From NCBI GenBank assembly GCA_023213395.1, contig CM041465.1:94991741-95055740 (forward strand): a stretch of DNA of 64,000 bases, in the 5' to 3' direction. This stretch comes from Cycas panzhihuaensis (Eukaryota > Plantae > Cycadophyta). The stretch's first letter is position 1. Every line of letters begins with the position of its first letter. Positions 1 through 14,088 of this stretch are shown piece by piece. The position numbers were made by a program, and so were the translations under genes. Under the pieces are notes generated by a model. The model did no database searches and was not told where the DNA came from. It was given only the letters and a program-made list of their open reading frames with translations.

Positions 1-1390
1 CTTCCTTTACTGTCCACTACCAATAAGTTATCCTAATCTACTACACCTTGTGTCCAAGGGTAGCATGGAGGTGTACTTGCTAGAGGGTTAGCCATTCTAA
101 GGCTAACCTCCCCTTGCTTTGGCATGACATGTTGGTTTCCTTGAGAGTTTGTAGAGTCACTTTTGGTGGAAGATTACCTAACTTGAAACCTTCTAACTTG
201 TAACATTTCAGCAATTTACTTTTGCATAAGTATACATGTATTTGTTTTATATCCTAGAAGCCCCTTTAGAAAGGGAAAAGAACTTTTTGATTGTAGGTTT
301 GTTGTGCCATTTGTGGAGGAAGGTAAGCGACGATAATCCATATGCATTCTTTGGCCTCCTTTCCTTCAGTTGTTCTACTCTTTCATAGTTCTTTTTTTCC
401 TTTGTGTTTTCTTGCTCCTTTCTTTTCATTTTTGGGGGAGGTAAGGAAACCCCTACGTTGCTCATGTTGTGGTAGAAGGAAAAAGAGGAAGCAGGTGTAG
501 CACAAAGTGAAGACCACGTTTCAGCTACTTCGTTCTTCCAGGTATGCCCTTCTCATTTCGTAGGTCTTTTCGTGTTTCCTTTAGCTTGTGTGCTTACATA
601 AAAAGATAATAAGGGAATAAAGAAAAAGGTAACCACTATCATCATTATATTGCATATTAGTTCGTATTGTAGGGAAGAGCATTCATTAAGGGTTATCCCC
701 TTCTCTCTTTTGCCCAATTACATTGACGTGCATGTTGCATGATACCTAGGTTTATTTCTTTGCTTCTCTTCCCTTTATTTTGAAATGAAATAAGAGTGAG
801 GATTTTCTTTTGAGAGAGAAAGTATTTATCATTCTTTGCACTTGTATGCTTAGTTTATCTCTCATTTTCACACATACAACTAGTCTTTGTTCCATTGTGC
901 CTATAGAGACTAGGAACCCCTTCACACATAAGACTGGAGGGAACCCTTTCCCCTACCACTCTTTATCCATCTAACTTTCCTACTAGGTGGATTAGTTGTT
1001 AGAGGATCCATTTCCTAAGGTCCTTTTTCTTTCCTCACCATACCTACATACACTTCACCTACGTCCTTTAGCCTTCTTTCCACAAGGATTCATTCCCTCA
1101 TCGGGTCTTGCGTTCCCCTTCTGGCCATCTAAGGGTAGGAAGACCCTTGCTTTGAGGTTACTCGGGTAACTGAGGACATCTCTCACCTATGCTCCCTTTC
1201 AAAGTTAAAAGCTAGGTTATGTTGAGGAATTCGTGTGCTATTCATGGGTCCCGAACCTACGTTCTAATGCACGAACGCCCTGTGTGGGGGCTTCCTTATA
1301 CTTGTTGGTTTGATCCCTTTACCTCAAACCTTTCATTGATTGTCTTAATCCCAACTAAGTGTAGTTGCCATCTTCATGGACGTGATTCCA
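1..1390 (+). repeat. 5' LTR (3' part only)
   Basis: Colinear with 16569-17959; ends GATTCCA immediately before the PBS. Confidence 0.92.
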
Positions 1391-1391
1391 C

Positions 1392-1410
1392 TAGCGACCA
1401 TACTAGGGAC
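1392..1410 (+). promoter_or_regulatory. Primer-binding site, tRNA-Arg type (degenerate)
   Basis: TAGCGACCATACTAGGGAC, 1 nt after the LTR; resembles the Ogre/Tat TGGCGAC...CTGGGGAC PBS with G>A/C>T decay. Confidence 0.7.
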
Positions 1411-1554
1411 CCGCCAGTAAGGGAATTAGTCTTTCTCATTTTTCTGTTGGTGCTACTACTTCTTGGTACCTTTCCTTTTTGATCTTGTTGGGTAGCCCCC
1501 AACACGTTCATTACCTTGTTTCTCTCTTCTTCCAGCGTATTAGCAGGACTTACA

Positions 1555-3950
1555 TGCGATGATTCTTACGTCACTTATGAGGCCTACCTCTGTTGTTAGA
1601 AGAGCCCTCATATCATTCCCTTCTCGCATCGGATCCTGATTCAGTCATGGAGGGATCTCTTTCATACCACGCCTATGTGTTTAATTCCCTAGAGCCATCT
1701 ACTTCCTTCAAAGGGTCTGACCAAGGGAGTGAAGACCCCATTTATTATCTAGGTGACCAACCACACCCCCAATCTCATCATTCCTCTACTCACGGAGTAG
1801 AACCTACATCTCCTTTAGAGTTTTGCCACTCCCATGGTGATTCTCATGAGGATCATCCTGTGGGATCGGCTTCATATGAGGCCCCTTCTACCTCTTACGA
1901 TCAAGTGGATACCCCCCCACTGATGATGTAGTAGAAGCTTTGAGCTAATATTTCCAAGCCACTCGTCTCCAACTACACCCAAAGTGGTTTAAGAATATAT
2001 TACAAAGCATTGTGCCACCTTCTTCTACATCCCCTTCACCTCGCTCATCTCGTGTAGCTGCTTTACCCACGATGAGCCTGCCTTTTACATCTTCTTCTTC
2101 TCCCCATGGTATATGTTCCTTGGGAACCACTTAGGGAATGTCATCTTCCCAACTTGAGTTGAGCATGCCCCTGGCTAGTCAGACCACTAGTCCTCCTCCT
2201 ACCATTCTTTATCCACCTACTAGACCTAGGGGACCCACATGTCTCCCTACTTCTAGTCACGTGGGGTCTGTCCCCATACAATCCCAATACCAACCTAGAG
2301 ACCCTTCTCTCTATCTACCTCCCAGTTACACTACTCAATTGTGGGGGCATGGTAAAGGGAATTCCCTACCTGCTTATGGGTTGGACCCTCTGCATCCTTA
2401 TGGGGTCACGCCACCCACAGGTGGCCCATACGGGTAGAATCTAGTCCCTCACCCCTCCTTTCTGCCATCTTGTGTAGCACCTTACATCATATCTTTGTGA
2501 GGAGGGCCAACTCCTTCCCAAGGCATATTCCCTTAAGCTCCTTTTCAACAAGGAGTGCTCTCTCTAGGAGGGATGGGTATGTCATACCTATCTACTCCCC
2601 TGTAGGTTTCTTTGAACATGGGATTCATGCCTCCTCACCAAGCAGTAGGAGGACAACATCCCTTTTTGAACCAAACCCTCCAAGGAGGATTTGGGAAAAC
2701 CTACCCCCTATCATTTCTAGCATCTGTTGACCCTATGGTCTAGTCAAGGGTGCGTCCCTTTATGGATTATCAGTTAACCCCATTATCTGTTGAGGTGCTA
2801 AGAACTAACTTACCACCTCACCCCCCTGAAGTACCCAAGTTCGATGGGACTTCATTGTAAGACCCAGTGGAGCATGTTCGTAGCTTCTCTATGGCATGTA
2901 TTGATTACTGGGCTTATGACCACATCCTCATGAAACTATTCCCACAGTCTCTTCAAGGTGATGCCCTTAAATGGTTTTATCACCTACCTGACCATTCTAT
3001 CTTCTCATTCCAGTAGCTGGTGGATGAGTTCGTCAACTACTTTGACATGGCTCACCCATTTGAGAGTGGAATGAAATCCCTTTTATCACTTAAACAAGGT
3101 CATGATGAAATGAATCATGACTTTATGATGTGTTTCCATGACCTTCTTTATTCCACTAAGGATACTTTGCCTAAGGAGTTGAAGAGGGACCTTTTTGTCA
3201 ATGCCCTTCATCCAAAAGTCCATGTAGCAGTTCTCAAGATGGGGGTAACTACGTGTGACTCTGCTATAGCGAAGTGCTTGGCACTCGAGGCTATTAAGAT
3301 TCAGGCAGGACTCAAGAAGCCTCTAAAGTCCTCACAGCGATGTGAGGCCCTACCACCATCAAAAGAAACCAAAACTCAACAACCCACTAGGTCATCTTCC
3401 CATTCTACCAAGATGACTCTAGACCCTCTTACTTCATCCATATGTTTATTTGAATGTACTATGAAGGAGCTCAAGCTTCAAGCTCCTTCATCTCCCACGT
3501 CTAACAAGCCAGTTCAACAGGCATCACAAGCTACTCCTTCCAAGGGTGGCAACACCCAGTCCTCTTAAGCGAGGAAACCTGACTCCTCCCTTGAGAGGAA
3601 GTGGCACTCCATCCATGGGGAGTGCTTCTATGATGATTCACGGTGTTAAGCATAACATCCTAAAGCTTCCCCACAATGTGACTCTTCCCTAAAACAGGCA
3701 TCTAGACCCAACCTAGATCAGCCTGTTCATAGAGATCCCTTCCCCAAACATGGGGAATGTGAATGCAACCCCCAAAAGAAGAATAACCAGAACCAAGGGA
3801 GGTCTCTAAAACCTCGCCCTTCCTAATCCAAAGGGAAGGGTGTGAGGAATTCATCCTCTTCCTCAGGTTCCCCTAACTGACATACCTCTTCACCTTTGCG
3901 ATCTTGGAATAAAGGAAAGAAGGTTATTTAGTTGCTTAAAACCACCCCAT
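1555..3950 (+). pseudogene. gag: gag (Retrotrans_gag), multiple stops
   Basis: PKFDGT..DPVEHV..LMKLFPQSLQGDALKWFYHLPDHSI.SF..LVDEFVNYF at about 2835-3045, continuing into ORF 3020-3568; boundaries approximate. Confidence 0.85.
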
Positions 3951-4329
3951 TGTATGCCTTAACTTAGTCTCAAGTAATCAAAGAGGCAAGCGGTGCCTCT
4001 TCATCCACATCTCATCCTGATCCTCTTCTAGAAACTTCTCTTTTAGAAGCCCCCTCACTCCCCAAGACCATTCATGTGTGCCCCGATCATTACAACTTTC
4101 AAAGGGCTCCTCCCCAACCTACTGCAAAGGGGAAGCCTTTCTTTGTCATTGATGAGCTTCATACCATGGCTATCAGAATGTCCATAATGGATTTCTTAAG
4201 GAGCTACCTTGAATAACGCATATTACTCTTGGAGGCTTTAGGATTAGGTGACACACATATTCACGCCTTGGGTGTCACCCCAAACTGTGAGCTTGTCATC
4301 TCTTTTGATACTAAGGATCTTCCCCCTGC

Positions 4330-4720
4330 TAGTGAAAGGGAGCACCAATGGCACTTCCCTTTGACTATTACTATCAATATTTTAGATTGTACTTTATGAA
4401 GGACCATTGTCAACAATAGTTCTTTTGTTAATGACATGCCCTTGTCCGTTATGCAAGAGCTTTGCATATCAGCTTTAGAATCGGTTCCATGGTGATGCCA
4501 AGGCTACGATGGTAGCAAAAAGACACCCTTGGGATCGATGTCTCTCCCACTTACTCTTGAGGACAAGACTGTCCTTACTAATATTATAGTCCTTGATGTT
4601 AACATTGACTATAATCTGTTGTTAGGACGCCCATGGGTTGATCAGATGGGGGCTATGTGCTTGTCCCATTGGGAGCAACTTAAATTCATCCACGAAGGGT
4701 GAATGAGAGTCATCTCTTAG
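4330..4720 (+). pseudogene. Aspartic protease remnant
   Basis: RTIVNNSSFVNDMP (decayed catalytic motif) ... GYDGSKKTPLG ... DYNLLLGRPWV. Confidence 0.75.
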
Positions 4721-5479
4721 GAGCTTCTTCCTATTAAACAACTATGTCAATCCCACCAAGTAGGTCATGGCTAAACAAAAGGTGACAAAGGCCTTTTTAC
4801 CCATGCCTTTACTTATTCTATTGACATTCCTGACTCATCTCTTTTGGAAGAAGACCCTTCATCCTCTTCTTCCAACCTCACACATTTCGCTCCTATTGGT
4901 GTCAGAAGTTATGGGTACCTTATCATACTTAGTGATGATGAGTCTGATGTCGAGGATGAGGATCTCCCTCACCTTGTTTTCCTTCTGAGCACGAGTAGAG
5001 GGAACCTCCTTCATTTTAGATCCCACTCTGGAACCCCTATAGTTGGAGAAACTAGTTCTTCTCTTATATCTTATGTCATCGCCCTTGTTAATCAGGTGCT
5101 CCTTGAGTCTTCCCCTTTATTTATGCACATAGGTAATGAGGTCAGGGAGCCTCATGTTGTCCCTTATGAGGGATCTATTTTTGGCTCTTCTAGGGAGTTC
5201 GTCAGGAACTTCGAGCATCATGACGACCACCATGGTCCTGCTGTCTCTGCTTCCCTTCACCCTTCGTCTTATCAAAGTGTGGTCATCCATGGGGTGGATT
5301 ACTTTGAGAATGACGAAGCCCTACTTGAGCATTTAGTAGGCTCCACACCCAACCTTTTTTCTGGTCACCATATGCTTGGCTATCAGAAGGTCTTGGCTAT
5401 TGGGTCTTCTCTCGCTGACCCAACTCCATCCCCCGTTCCATCCCTTCTTGTTGATCGATCCCCCCTCCACTTTGAGGAG

Positions 5480-6606
5480 GGGAATACCATGTACATGGGG
5501 GCAACCCAGGACATAGTCCTTACCCTAAGCAAAGTCATTAAGGTAGGCACAGAATGCTCTCCTGATGAAGTGAAGGAGTATACCCTTCTATTCTAAGAGT
5601 TTTGAGATGTTTTTGCGTGAGACTACTATGATATGAAGGGAATTGATCCTTCAATCATTACCCACAACCTTACCACAATTCCTGGCGCTTGCCATATGTG
5701 TCAGAAGCAACACCCTCTCCACCTCATTATATCTCCATGGCTCTTCTCCTAATGGAGGTTGGACCACATTAGAGCCATATCCCCATCCTCTTTGTTGTAG
5801 CACAAGTTCATCTCAAATGCTATAGAGTACTTTACTAAATGGGCGGAAGCCATTCCTTTGACTACTACCCCTGGTAAGATAATATCCACCTTTGTCTACC
5901 AATATATCATCTGCTGCCTTGGGGTGGGGTTCCCGATGTCCTAATCATGGACAACATAACTCTTTTTTGTAATAAAGAGATGGATGAGCTTTATGAGAAA
6001 TTCCACATTTCTCATAAAAATTCCTCTCCTTACTATCCCTAAGCTAATGGCTAGGTCAAATCATTTAACAAAACTCTTATAAATATTCTAAAGGAAATTG
6101 TCACCTAATCTCAAAGAGATTGACACCTCTAGCTCCCTTCTGCCCTATGGACGTATCACACATCTATCTATATGGCTATTGCGAAGACTCCTTTCTCCCT
6201 AGTCTATGGGATGGAGGCGGTTCTCCCATTAGAAGTGGAGATTCCTTCTCTATAGGTCTCTCTCTGAGGTCTTGTTGATGAGGAGTTTATTTGTTAGGCT
6301 CACCTCTTAGACCTCAAGGCCTTGGATGAGAAATGCTTAGCTGCCTACCAAGCTAACCTTACCTCTAAGGCTAGGATATGAAGCACCTACAATAAACACC
6401 TCTAACCCCATCCTTTACATCCCGGGGACCACGTTCTCAAATTGAAATATCTCCACAATCGCCTGACCAAATTCAGACCCAAATGGGTTGGCCCTTTTGT
6501 CATCCTCAAGAGTCTTAGGAACGGTGCTTATCAGATCACCACCTTAGAGGACCTCGATTTTGAAAAGGCTGTTAATGGGAAATTCTTAAAAAAATTTTAT
6601 GCATGA
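5480..6606 (+). pseudogene. pol: pol remnant: RT N-terminal leader fused directly to integrase core
   Basis: EF*DVFA*DYYDMKGIDPSIITHNL..QKQHPLH joined in frame to IISPWLFS*WRLD..EYFTKWAEAIPL..SPYYP*ANG..TPFSLVYGMEAVLPLEVEIPSL..VNGKFLKKFYA*. Confidence 0.88.
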
Positions 6607-7359
6607 CTACATCACCCTCTTCTTTATGCTATAGAATGAGCCTAAATTACCATCCTAGGTGTGTCCCCATTCCCCTTGGGCACAGGTGGAATGGTGGCTT
6701 AGGGTGGCCCTTTTGCTTCTTTTGGGTTCCTCCCACGGAACCCCTTGTCCTCCTTTTTCTAGAGGCCCCATCTTCCTAATTGAATGTGTTGTACCAATCG
6801 CTCCAGGCCTTAGGTACATTACCCAACTAGGATCACGTGTTAGAGTGTCGTCACTCCCTTCCCATTGACACTTCCTTTGCATATCCCGCTATGGTCCCAT
6901 ATGGACATATGTGTTGCCCTACCTCCTAGCCTCACATATGTCTATCGTCGTTGCTCATGGTGATCGTGTATGTGCTTGCTAGGAATATGGCCCTACATGA
7001 AAGGAAATATATGTAGCTCAAACAATCCTCTATCACAAACCATACAATAATCAACCAAAAAACATCATAACATTTAGGTCCTCATGCATCCGTATACCCT
7101 CATACATATACATACATATAGAAAAAAAAAATATACATCATCCATCATCATGTGTCATCACACACATCAACATATATCAAATAGGATGCCAATGGCCCTG
7201 TCTATATATACAAAATCATCATGTGTCATATCATACAAAAGGGTATGGTACATCATCTGTGGGAAGCTAGAATCCTTGCAGGGAGGAGTACAATCATGTG
7301 GGAATATATGGTGACTCCCTAGAGGTCTGGTACTTTCCCATATCAAATCAAAAACTACT

Positions 7360-9790
7360 ACAACCTACTCTCTAGTGCTATCTCGCTCCTAGAGCATCAT
7401 CTCATGGTCTATGTAATCCCTCTCTTGGGGACCATATGTCTCCCAGACTACTCCTGTATCTCTGGGAACTCCTGACCTCACTCCCCTCGTCCCAAGGCCT
7501 CCTCGGGGTCATCATCGTCATGTGGGTATAGGTCCTACTCCTTGATAACCTCGATGCCACCTGATCTACCAGCTGATTATATCATACTTGGATACAATCC
7601 CTTTCCTCCTCCACTCCTTGAACTCACTCCTCCAATACTTCTATCCTAATGCAACTCTCTGCATCACCACCTGCTCCTCCCTGAGATTATAGAGCCTGGA
7701 CTCGATCTTGTAGTGCATCTCTCTCTACCCTGGTCGTATCCAACTCACCTATAGTCATCCCACCCTCGCCTCATGCTCCCGGGACTCTATCACCCACATG
7801 TCTCTAGCCCTGACTAGAGGGGTGAATTCCACCATGTGGTCTTCTGCTGACCTAGCTCCTCTCCTACTTGGATGGGAGGTTATCCCTCCATGTAAACCCA
7901 GGGAAGCATCTCCCAGACTACTACCTTGATCAACCTCTCGATGTCCACCACTCCTACAAATCCAACATGCCATGTATCAGCATATACATCCATAAGTATA
8001 TACACCAAACAAATCAAATAAAGAATAACAACTAGAGATGTGGTCATCAAAAGATGATGGGAAATGGTAGTGTCTCACCTACTGGAACTGCAAGCTATCC
8101 GAATCAGACGATCACCTCCTCCTCGGGTCCCCCACCCACTGTTGGTACCTCCTCCTCCTCTAGTACCACCTCACTGACTGCCTAGCCTATCAGGGCACCT
8201 CCACCCTCTGTTGCTGGTGCTGTCACTGCCTACACTCTCCCTACAGTCCCTAACAGACCTGCCTCTCCTCCTGCGGCTCCCGATGGCCCTACCTCTTCTC
8301 CTCTGAACCTTGATGGACCTACCTCTCCTCCTACGGTCCCTAATGGACCTGCTACTCTCGATGGGCCAGCCCCATCACCTCCATCATCATCATCTCCCTC
8401 TCTAGGGGTACCTCCTACTCCTCCTGCCTCATCATCGCTATCCCACCTCACCCCTCTATACGAATCTATTGTGTAGTCGGTCATGGTGAGGAGGTCTAGT
8501 AATCTAGCCTTAATTGAGCGCCTAACGTGTGCCTAGTCCTCGGTTCCTCTAAACTGAGTCTGCCACTTATGGACCATAGGGCCCATGCCAAGATCAGATG
8601 AGGCCCTCTTAGTGGTGCCACTGCTCTAAAGTGGTCGAAGAACTAGCACTACAACAATGTGATGTATGGCAATCCTCCTCTCCTCGCTGCCCTGATGGCA
8701 TTCAATTGGATAACCAAGTTCACCGCTATCAGTGTGGCAGAGTCTAATCTCTTCTTGACCTCACATATCCTAATTGCATCCATCCATCTATCGTGTATGC
8801 CCCTATAATTCTATTTTTAGGATATCCAGAATAGAATTGATAGAGTAATTAATTTCCTCACGTGAGGAATCCTAGACATAATCATGCTCTGGACTGGTAT
8901 ACCTCTCCTTTCCCATCGGTCCTAACCTATGAAATATGTCATCACCTCTCTATGTGCAGTGTCATTACTAGGTAGTATGCCTAGTGACGTTGGTGCTCCA
9001 GCTACTGGTACTCCCAGGATCCTCCTTACGTCTCATGGTGTGACTGTAATATCTTCTACTTGGGGGAGATGGAACACATACCTCTGTCAATCCCAGTGTG
9101 AGACTATATCCACTAGGAGGCACTAGTCTGACGCATACTGCGGTGTTTAAATGGCCTTCAATAGGCCACATCTCCCCAGTACTCACTGATCTCTGTGAGT
9201 CATCATCTCAATAAAGCTAATCATGGCAACTTCTATGTTTTCATAGTTGTCCACCATAATAACTGCCTACAAAACCCCAAAACATAATCAGAACTTATCC
9301 AAATTTACCTGTCGGCCCTTAGGACTACCTCCCACTCCTCTTGGACTGAGATCTGGCTCTCCTTCAGGCCACCCTTTTATTTTTAACCAATCTACCTTCA
9401 CACCGCGCTAAACTCCATGGTACTGCAGAGTTTAGCATGGGGCCCACTGGGATTTTATCCAAATCTCAATGGCCCCACAGCAAAGATCATGGCACCGTGA
9501 TATTTGTTGCAGTGTCAGCGTCACCCCCCAAAAATGGGAGGTTTCTAACAAAAATAAAAAATAAAAATTATTTGTCTGGGTGGGCCACACTTAGGCCCAC
9601 CGGGACTAGGGCTCCCTGATGCCCTAGTCTCACCTCTCACTTGGTCCAATTCATAATCCAAGAGATCGATATTTACCCTTAAGGGGCCCAAAACTACAAT
9701 GAAAATAATTAAAAAATAATAAAATTTAATTGACGAAATGGGTTAGGGTACGGATGATCCACTCACTGGATCTAGTCTCGCTACTGCCAT
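7360..9790 (-). pseudogene. Antisense multi-exon Plant Mobile Domain (aminotransferase-like PMD) gene
   Basis: Minus-strand CLLVDIVSHWD*QRYVFHLPQVEDITVTP*DVRRILGVPVAG (about 9125-8998) matches PMD motif LxxLxERWxxxTHTFHLPxGEMTITLxDVxxILGLPxxG; putative exon 1 MAVARLDP followed by GTGAGT (9790-9761); intron GTGAGA..TTGTAG 8078-7954; acidic/Gly-rich C-terminal part; 3' end approximate. Confidence 0.8.
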
Positions 9791-10517
9791 CTTGTCTCCT
9801 TGATCCCACTAGTTGTCTCTGCATCCTGGTCTAATGGTTGGATCTCTCCCTGTGTGCCTCCGAAGTCAAGCGGTGCTCTGCTATGTAGAGGGAAGGGCTT
9901 TGATTCATTCGTGAGCCCGTGAAAATAAATTCCATTTTCATTGAGTTTCTTTAATATAGGCAGGGGCCCCAACAGGCACTTCTTCTATTTTTCTCATCGT
10001 GATAGCCCTTGAGACTATCTCCTTTCCATGATCACCTTTGCCTTCTGGGTCAGTCTCTAATTTTGCCCTCGTAGATTTCTTTTTCCCTCGACCTACCAGG
10101 AGCATTTATGACACCCTTTCTTTGGCCTTACAAGGCCCCTTCTTCTTTGTTTTGCATACTGCCTCCATACATACTTGAGTTTATACTTATTTGACTCGTT
10201 TCACCATCCTAGATCTGTTTTCGCTACCCATTCATACCTCTGGGGCTTCCAAAGGAAATGTACCCCTTATTCAAGACTGCATTTCGCTTCCTTAAGCGAC
10301 CTTTGGCACCCCAGAGGAGCCTTTTCATTGTTGACTCTTCCTTGTTCGCCGGTTGGCCCTCTTTGCTCTCAGGTAGCCTTGTCCTTAGGTCTTCTTACCT
10401 TTTATGACCTTTATTAACAACCATTTGGAGCCTTTTACGATGATTTCATACTATTGAGTCCTCTCTACTCATCGATCCCATCAGCATTCTTCTCTCTACC
10501 GAGACCTCCATTTTGTC

Positions 10518-10940
10518 ATGGCCTTAATCATTTTCACTGATGGCGGAAGTCATGGCAACCTTGGCCCTTCCACTACTGCATGGATTCTCTGTGATCCTTT
10601 CAGACACGACTTCATGTGCTCCGAGATCTTCCTTCATGAAGCCACTAATAATGAAGCTGAGTACAAAGTTGTTATTGAGGCCCTTACCGATGCACTCTGC
10701 TTCCATCATGGACCCATCATCCTCCTTTGTGACTCTCAGGTTATGGTGTCCCATCTCACCCAGGTCTACCAGGTGTGGTGCCCATGCTTGAGGGACCTTG
10801 CCTTAACTGCCAAATCCTTGTTGGCTTGTTTTTCATCTATCAATATTTGATACATTCTGCGGGCTCTCAACGTTGAGGCAGATAGCTTAGTTCACCTCAT
10901 CCTTAAGTATCACCTCCCTCTCCTTAGTGACCCACCTTGA
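10518..10940 (+). pseudogene. Stand-alone archaeal-type RNase HI (aRH), copy 1
   Basis: FTDGGSHGNLGP..ATNNEAEY..DSQ..N.EADSL; own ATG; one internal stop at about 10850. Confidence 0.9.
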
Positions 10941-11433
10941 GGGACTTGTCTGGTCATGCTTGCACCCAAGTTTTGGGTCATCCTTTACATCGTAATTTGT
11001 TCGCACCTCCGAAAACTAGTTGTTAATGAGGCTAAACTATGGCAACCACTAGGTTTATTTTCTTCACTCTACACTTAGCATCTTGGTATATAGCTCTCAC
11101 TATTCTTGATTTGTGTTTGTATATAGCTTTGTTTACAACATTAATCGAGTCTTATGTATGGCCTTCACCACCCATTCTTCCTACTCTTATAATGGGGACA
11201 CCCATCCCATCATCTGCTATCTTTACTTATTGTCTATATCACGACCCATAGGCAGCCCCTATGTTGTCTTGCCCTTGCCTCCATAGCCACGCATTCTACC
11301 ATGACACTCATTGTTGCCCTTGGTTTGCACTATTACTCTGATTTGGATATATATATGCTACTAACATTCTGTTCTCAGCATTCACTGTTGCATTATGCCT
11401 TCGAGATACGAGGCTATACTGCCAAGGGGGCAG

Positions 11434-13435
11434 TGTTTCCTGGCTCCTAGGAATTGGTTCTTGGCAAGTTGACTCAGGTAAGTACAAGTATGCTTCTTCC
11501 CTTTTTCCTTTACTACTTCTTTAGAAAGGTAGATAAAAGCATCAACTCATTGCATGACTGACTGTCATGATTGAGTGATCACCTTGCACCTTGTTGCTTG
11601 ATCATGTTGCTTGTCATTCTTTCAGCCTATGATGATCAGTAGGACATGCATCCCTATGGCACTCCACAACCCTCCTATGCACCTCTACATTGTCCTTAGC
11701 ACTTCCTAACCCATGTGATTTGTCATATCCCATCACCACATCATAATCCTTAGCACCCCGCTGAGTGTGATTGGTTGATCCTTATGTTAGTTATTAGTTT
11801 CCTGGGAGTTTTGCCACTTCGATACCCCATCCTGTTTAGGTCATCTTCTCTATTTGACTGTCCCCATCCATTTAGATAGAGGGTTAGCCCCTCCTAGGCC
11901 TGGCGTACCTCCTTTTAGGATCCTAAGAATCTTCCCTGTGGCTTATCTTGGTCTCTATCACCTCACCGCGTCAAATGTCATGGTACCACAATAAACTCTA
12001 TGGTACCATAAAGTTTGTTACGGTTGTCATAACTTGTTTTTTAAAATTTGCCATGGAAAATTTCACTTTTTTCGTGAAATTTCCACGTGGCTTCAACCTC
12101 TCTTAAGCCTCACCTCAACCCTAATCGTCCATTTAGCCTAGGGTTAGCTATAAAGCCCAAAACGACCTCATTTTCCTCCTTCTTCTTCTGCCTTCCTTGC
12201 TCTCTTCTCTCTCTTTCATAGGAGTTTTCTGCACCAATTCCCTGCAACGTCCAAGTTCCCTGTGTTCCAGCCTGAGATCTATCCATTGTAGCTCTGATTC
12301 ATGGTAGCAGGCTCACCAACTAATGCCTCCAAGCAAGGATTCATGCCCAAGTGTGGCCGCCACGCCCTTCCTACAACTTTCAGCAAGTATGTTTCCATTG
12401 TACCACCTTCCTAAGGATACCCTATAAGCATACTAGATCTACTATTTTCTGCTATCTACAGGGGCAGATCTACCTCCTACATAGCCTAGTAGGTATTTTT
12501 CATTGTTGTTCCATATCTTTCCTTGGGTTTGTCTTGTAAAAGGTTAGCCTTTTGAGCACATTATTCCTTTCCTTGTCTTTCTTGTTGCACACAGGAGGTA
12601 CCCCTCCATTCTTTGCCTACTTGCCCTCTTGATCTCCCTATCCTCCCCTAATGTTTTCTAAGGAGGCTATGGGAGAGGGCTCATAAAGAGTGAGTGAAAG
12701 GATCCAAGGTGGGATCCATACCCACTAGGCCTTCTCCTCAAGGGCAAACCCCTTCTCCTCTTTCCTCTCCTTCACTTGTGTCTCTCTTAGGTCACTAGGG
12801 AGTCTTTGGGATTAGGCCTCACTAGATATCAATGTATGTAGCCCTTGTTAAATTATTTCTAGGCCTGCATGCCTCTTTTGGGTATATTCTTCAACCCTAA
12901 ATTGTGTCCTATATTCATCTTGGGTCCTGGCATAGCCCATGTTGTAATTTGTTGTCCATAGCATACTTACAACATAGACAACTTTCACAAACTTCGTAAC
13001 ATTTATTTCCTTTACTATCCACTACCAATAGGCTATCCTAATCTACTGCACCTTATGTCTAAGGGCAACGTGGAGGTGTACTTGATAGAGGGTTAGCCAT
13101 TCCAAGGCTAACCTCCTCTTGCTTTGGCATGAGTTGTTGGTTTCCTTGAGAGTTTATAGAGTCACTTTTGGTGGAAGATTACCTAACTTGAAACCTTCTA
13201 ACTTGTAACATTTCAACAATTTACTTTTTCATAAGTGTACATGTATTGGTTTTGTATCCTAGTAGCCCCTTTGGAAAGGGCAAAGAACTTTGTGATTGCA
13301 AATTTGTTGTGCCATTTGTGGAGGAAGGTATGTGGCGACAATCCAGGTGCGTTCTTTGGCATCCTTTCCTTTGGTTATTCTACTCTTTCATAGTTCCTTT
13401 TTTTCCTTTGCATTTTTTTGCTCCTTTCTTTTTTA
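11434..13435 (+). repeat. Truncated extra LTR copy (PPT at 11424-11433)
   Basis: AAGGGGGCAG then TGTTTCCTGGCTCC, same as 14994-15017. Confidence 0.85.
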
Positions 13436-14088
13436 CTCAGGCGGTGCTCTACTACATAGAGGGAAGGGCTTTGATTCATTCATGAGCCCATGAAAATAAA
13501 TTCCATTTTCATTGAGTTTCTTTTATATAGGCGGGGGGCCAAATAGGCACTTCTTCTATTTTTCTCATCACGACAACCCTTGAGACTATCTCCTTTCCAT
13601 GATCACCTTTGCCTTCTAGGTCAGTCTCTAATTTTTCCCTCATAGATTTCTTTTTCCCTCGACCTACTAGAAGCATTTATGACACCCTTTCTTTGGCCTT
13701 ATAAGGCCCCTTCTTCTTCGTTTTTCATACTGCCTCCATACATACTTAAGTTTATACTTGTTTGACTTGTTTCACCATCCTAGATATGTTTTCGCTCCCA
13801 TTCATGCCTCTGGGGCTTCTAAAGGAAGTGTACCCCCTGTTCAAGACTGCATTTCGCTTCCTTAAGTGACCTTTGGCACCCCAGAGGAGCCTTTTCATTG
13901 TCGGGTCTTCCTTGTTCATCGGTTGGCCCTCTTTGCTCTCAGGTAGCCTTGTCCTTAGGTCTTCTTACCTTTTATGGCCTTTATTGACAGTTATTTGGAG
14001 CCTTTTACGATGATTTCATACTGTTGAGTCCTCTCTACTCATCGATCCCATCAGCATTCTTCTCTCTATAGAGACCTCTATTTTTGTC

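Noticed and set aside
4844-5596. 250-aa ORF as a novel gene
   Set aside because: It is the PR-RT linker of the Tat/Ogre pol and continues into the RT leader
11039-11251. Hydrophobic env-like ORFs (also 14609-15020)
   Set aside because: Short, T-rich 3' UTR sequence; hydrophobicity is explained by base composition
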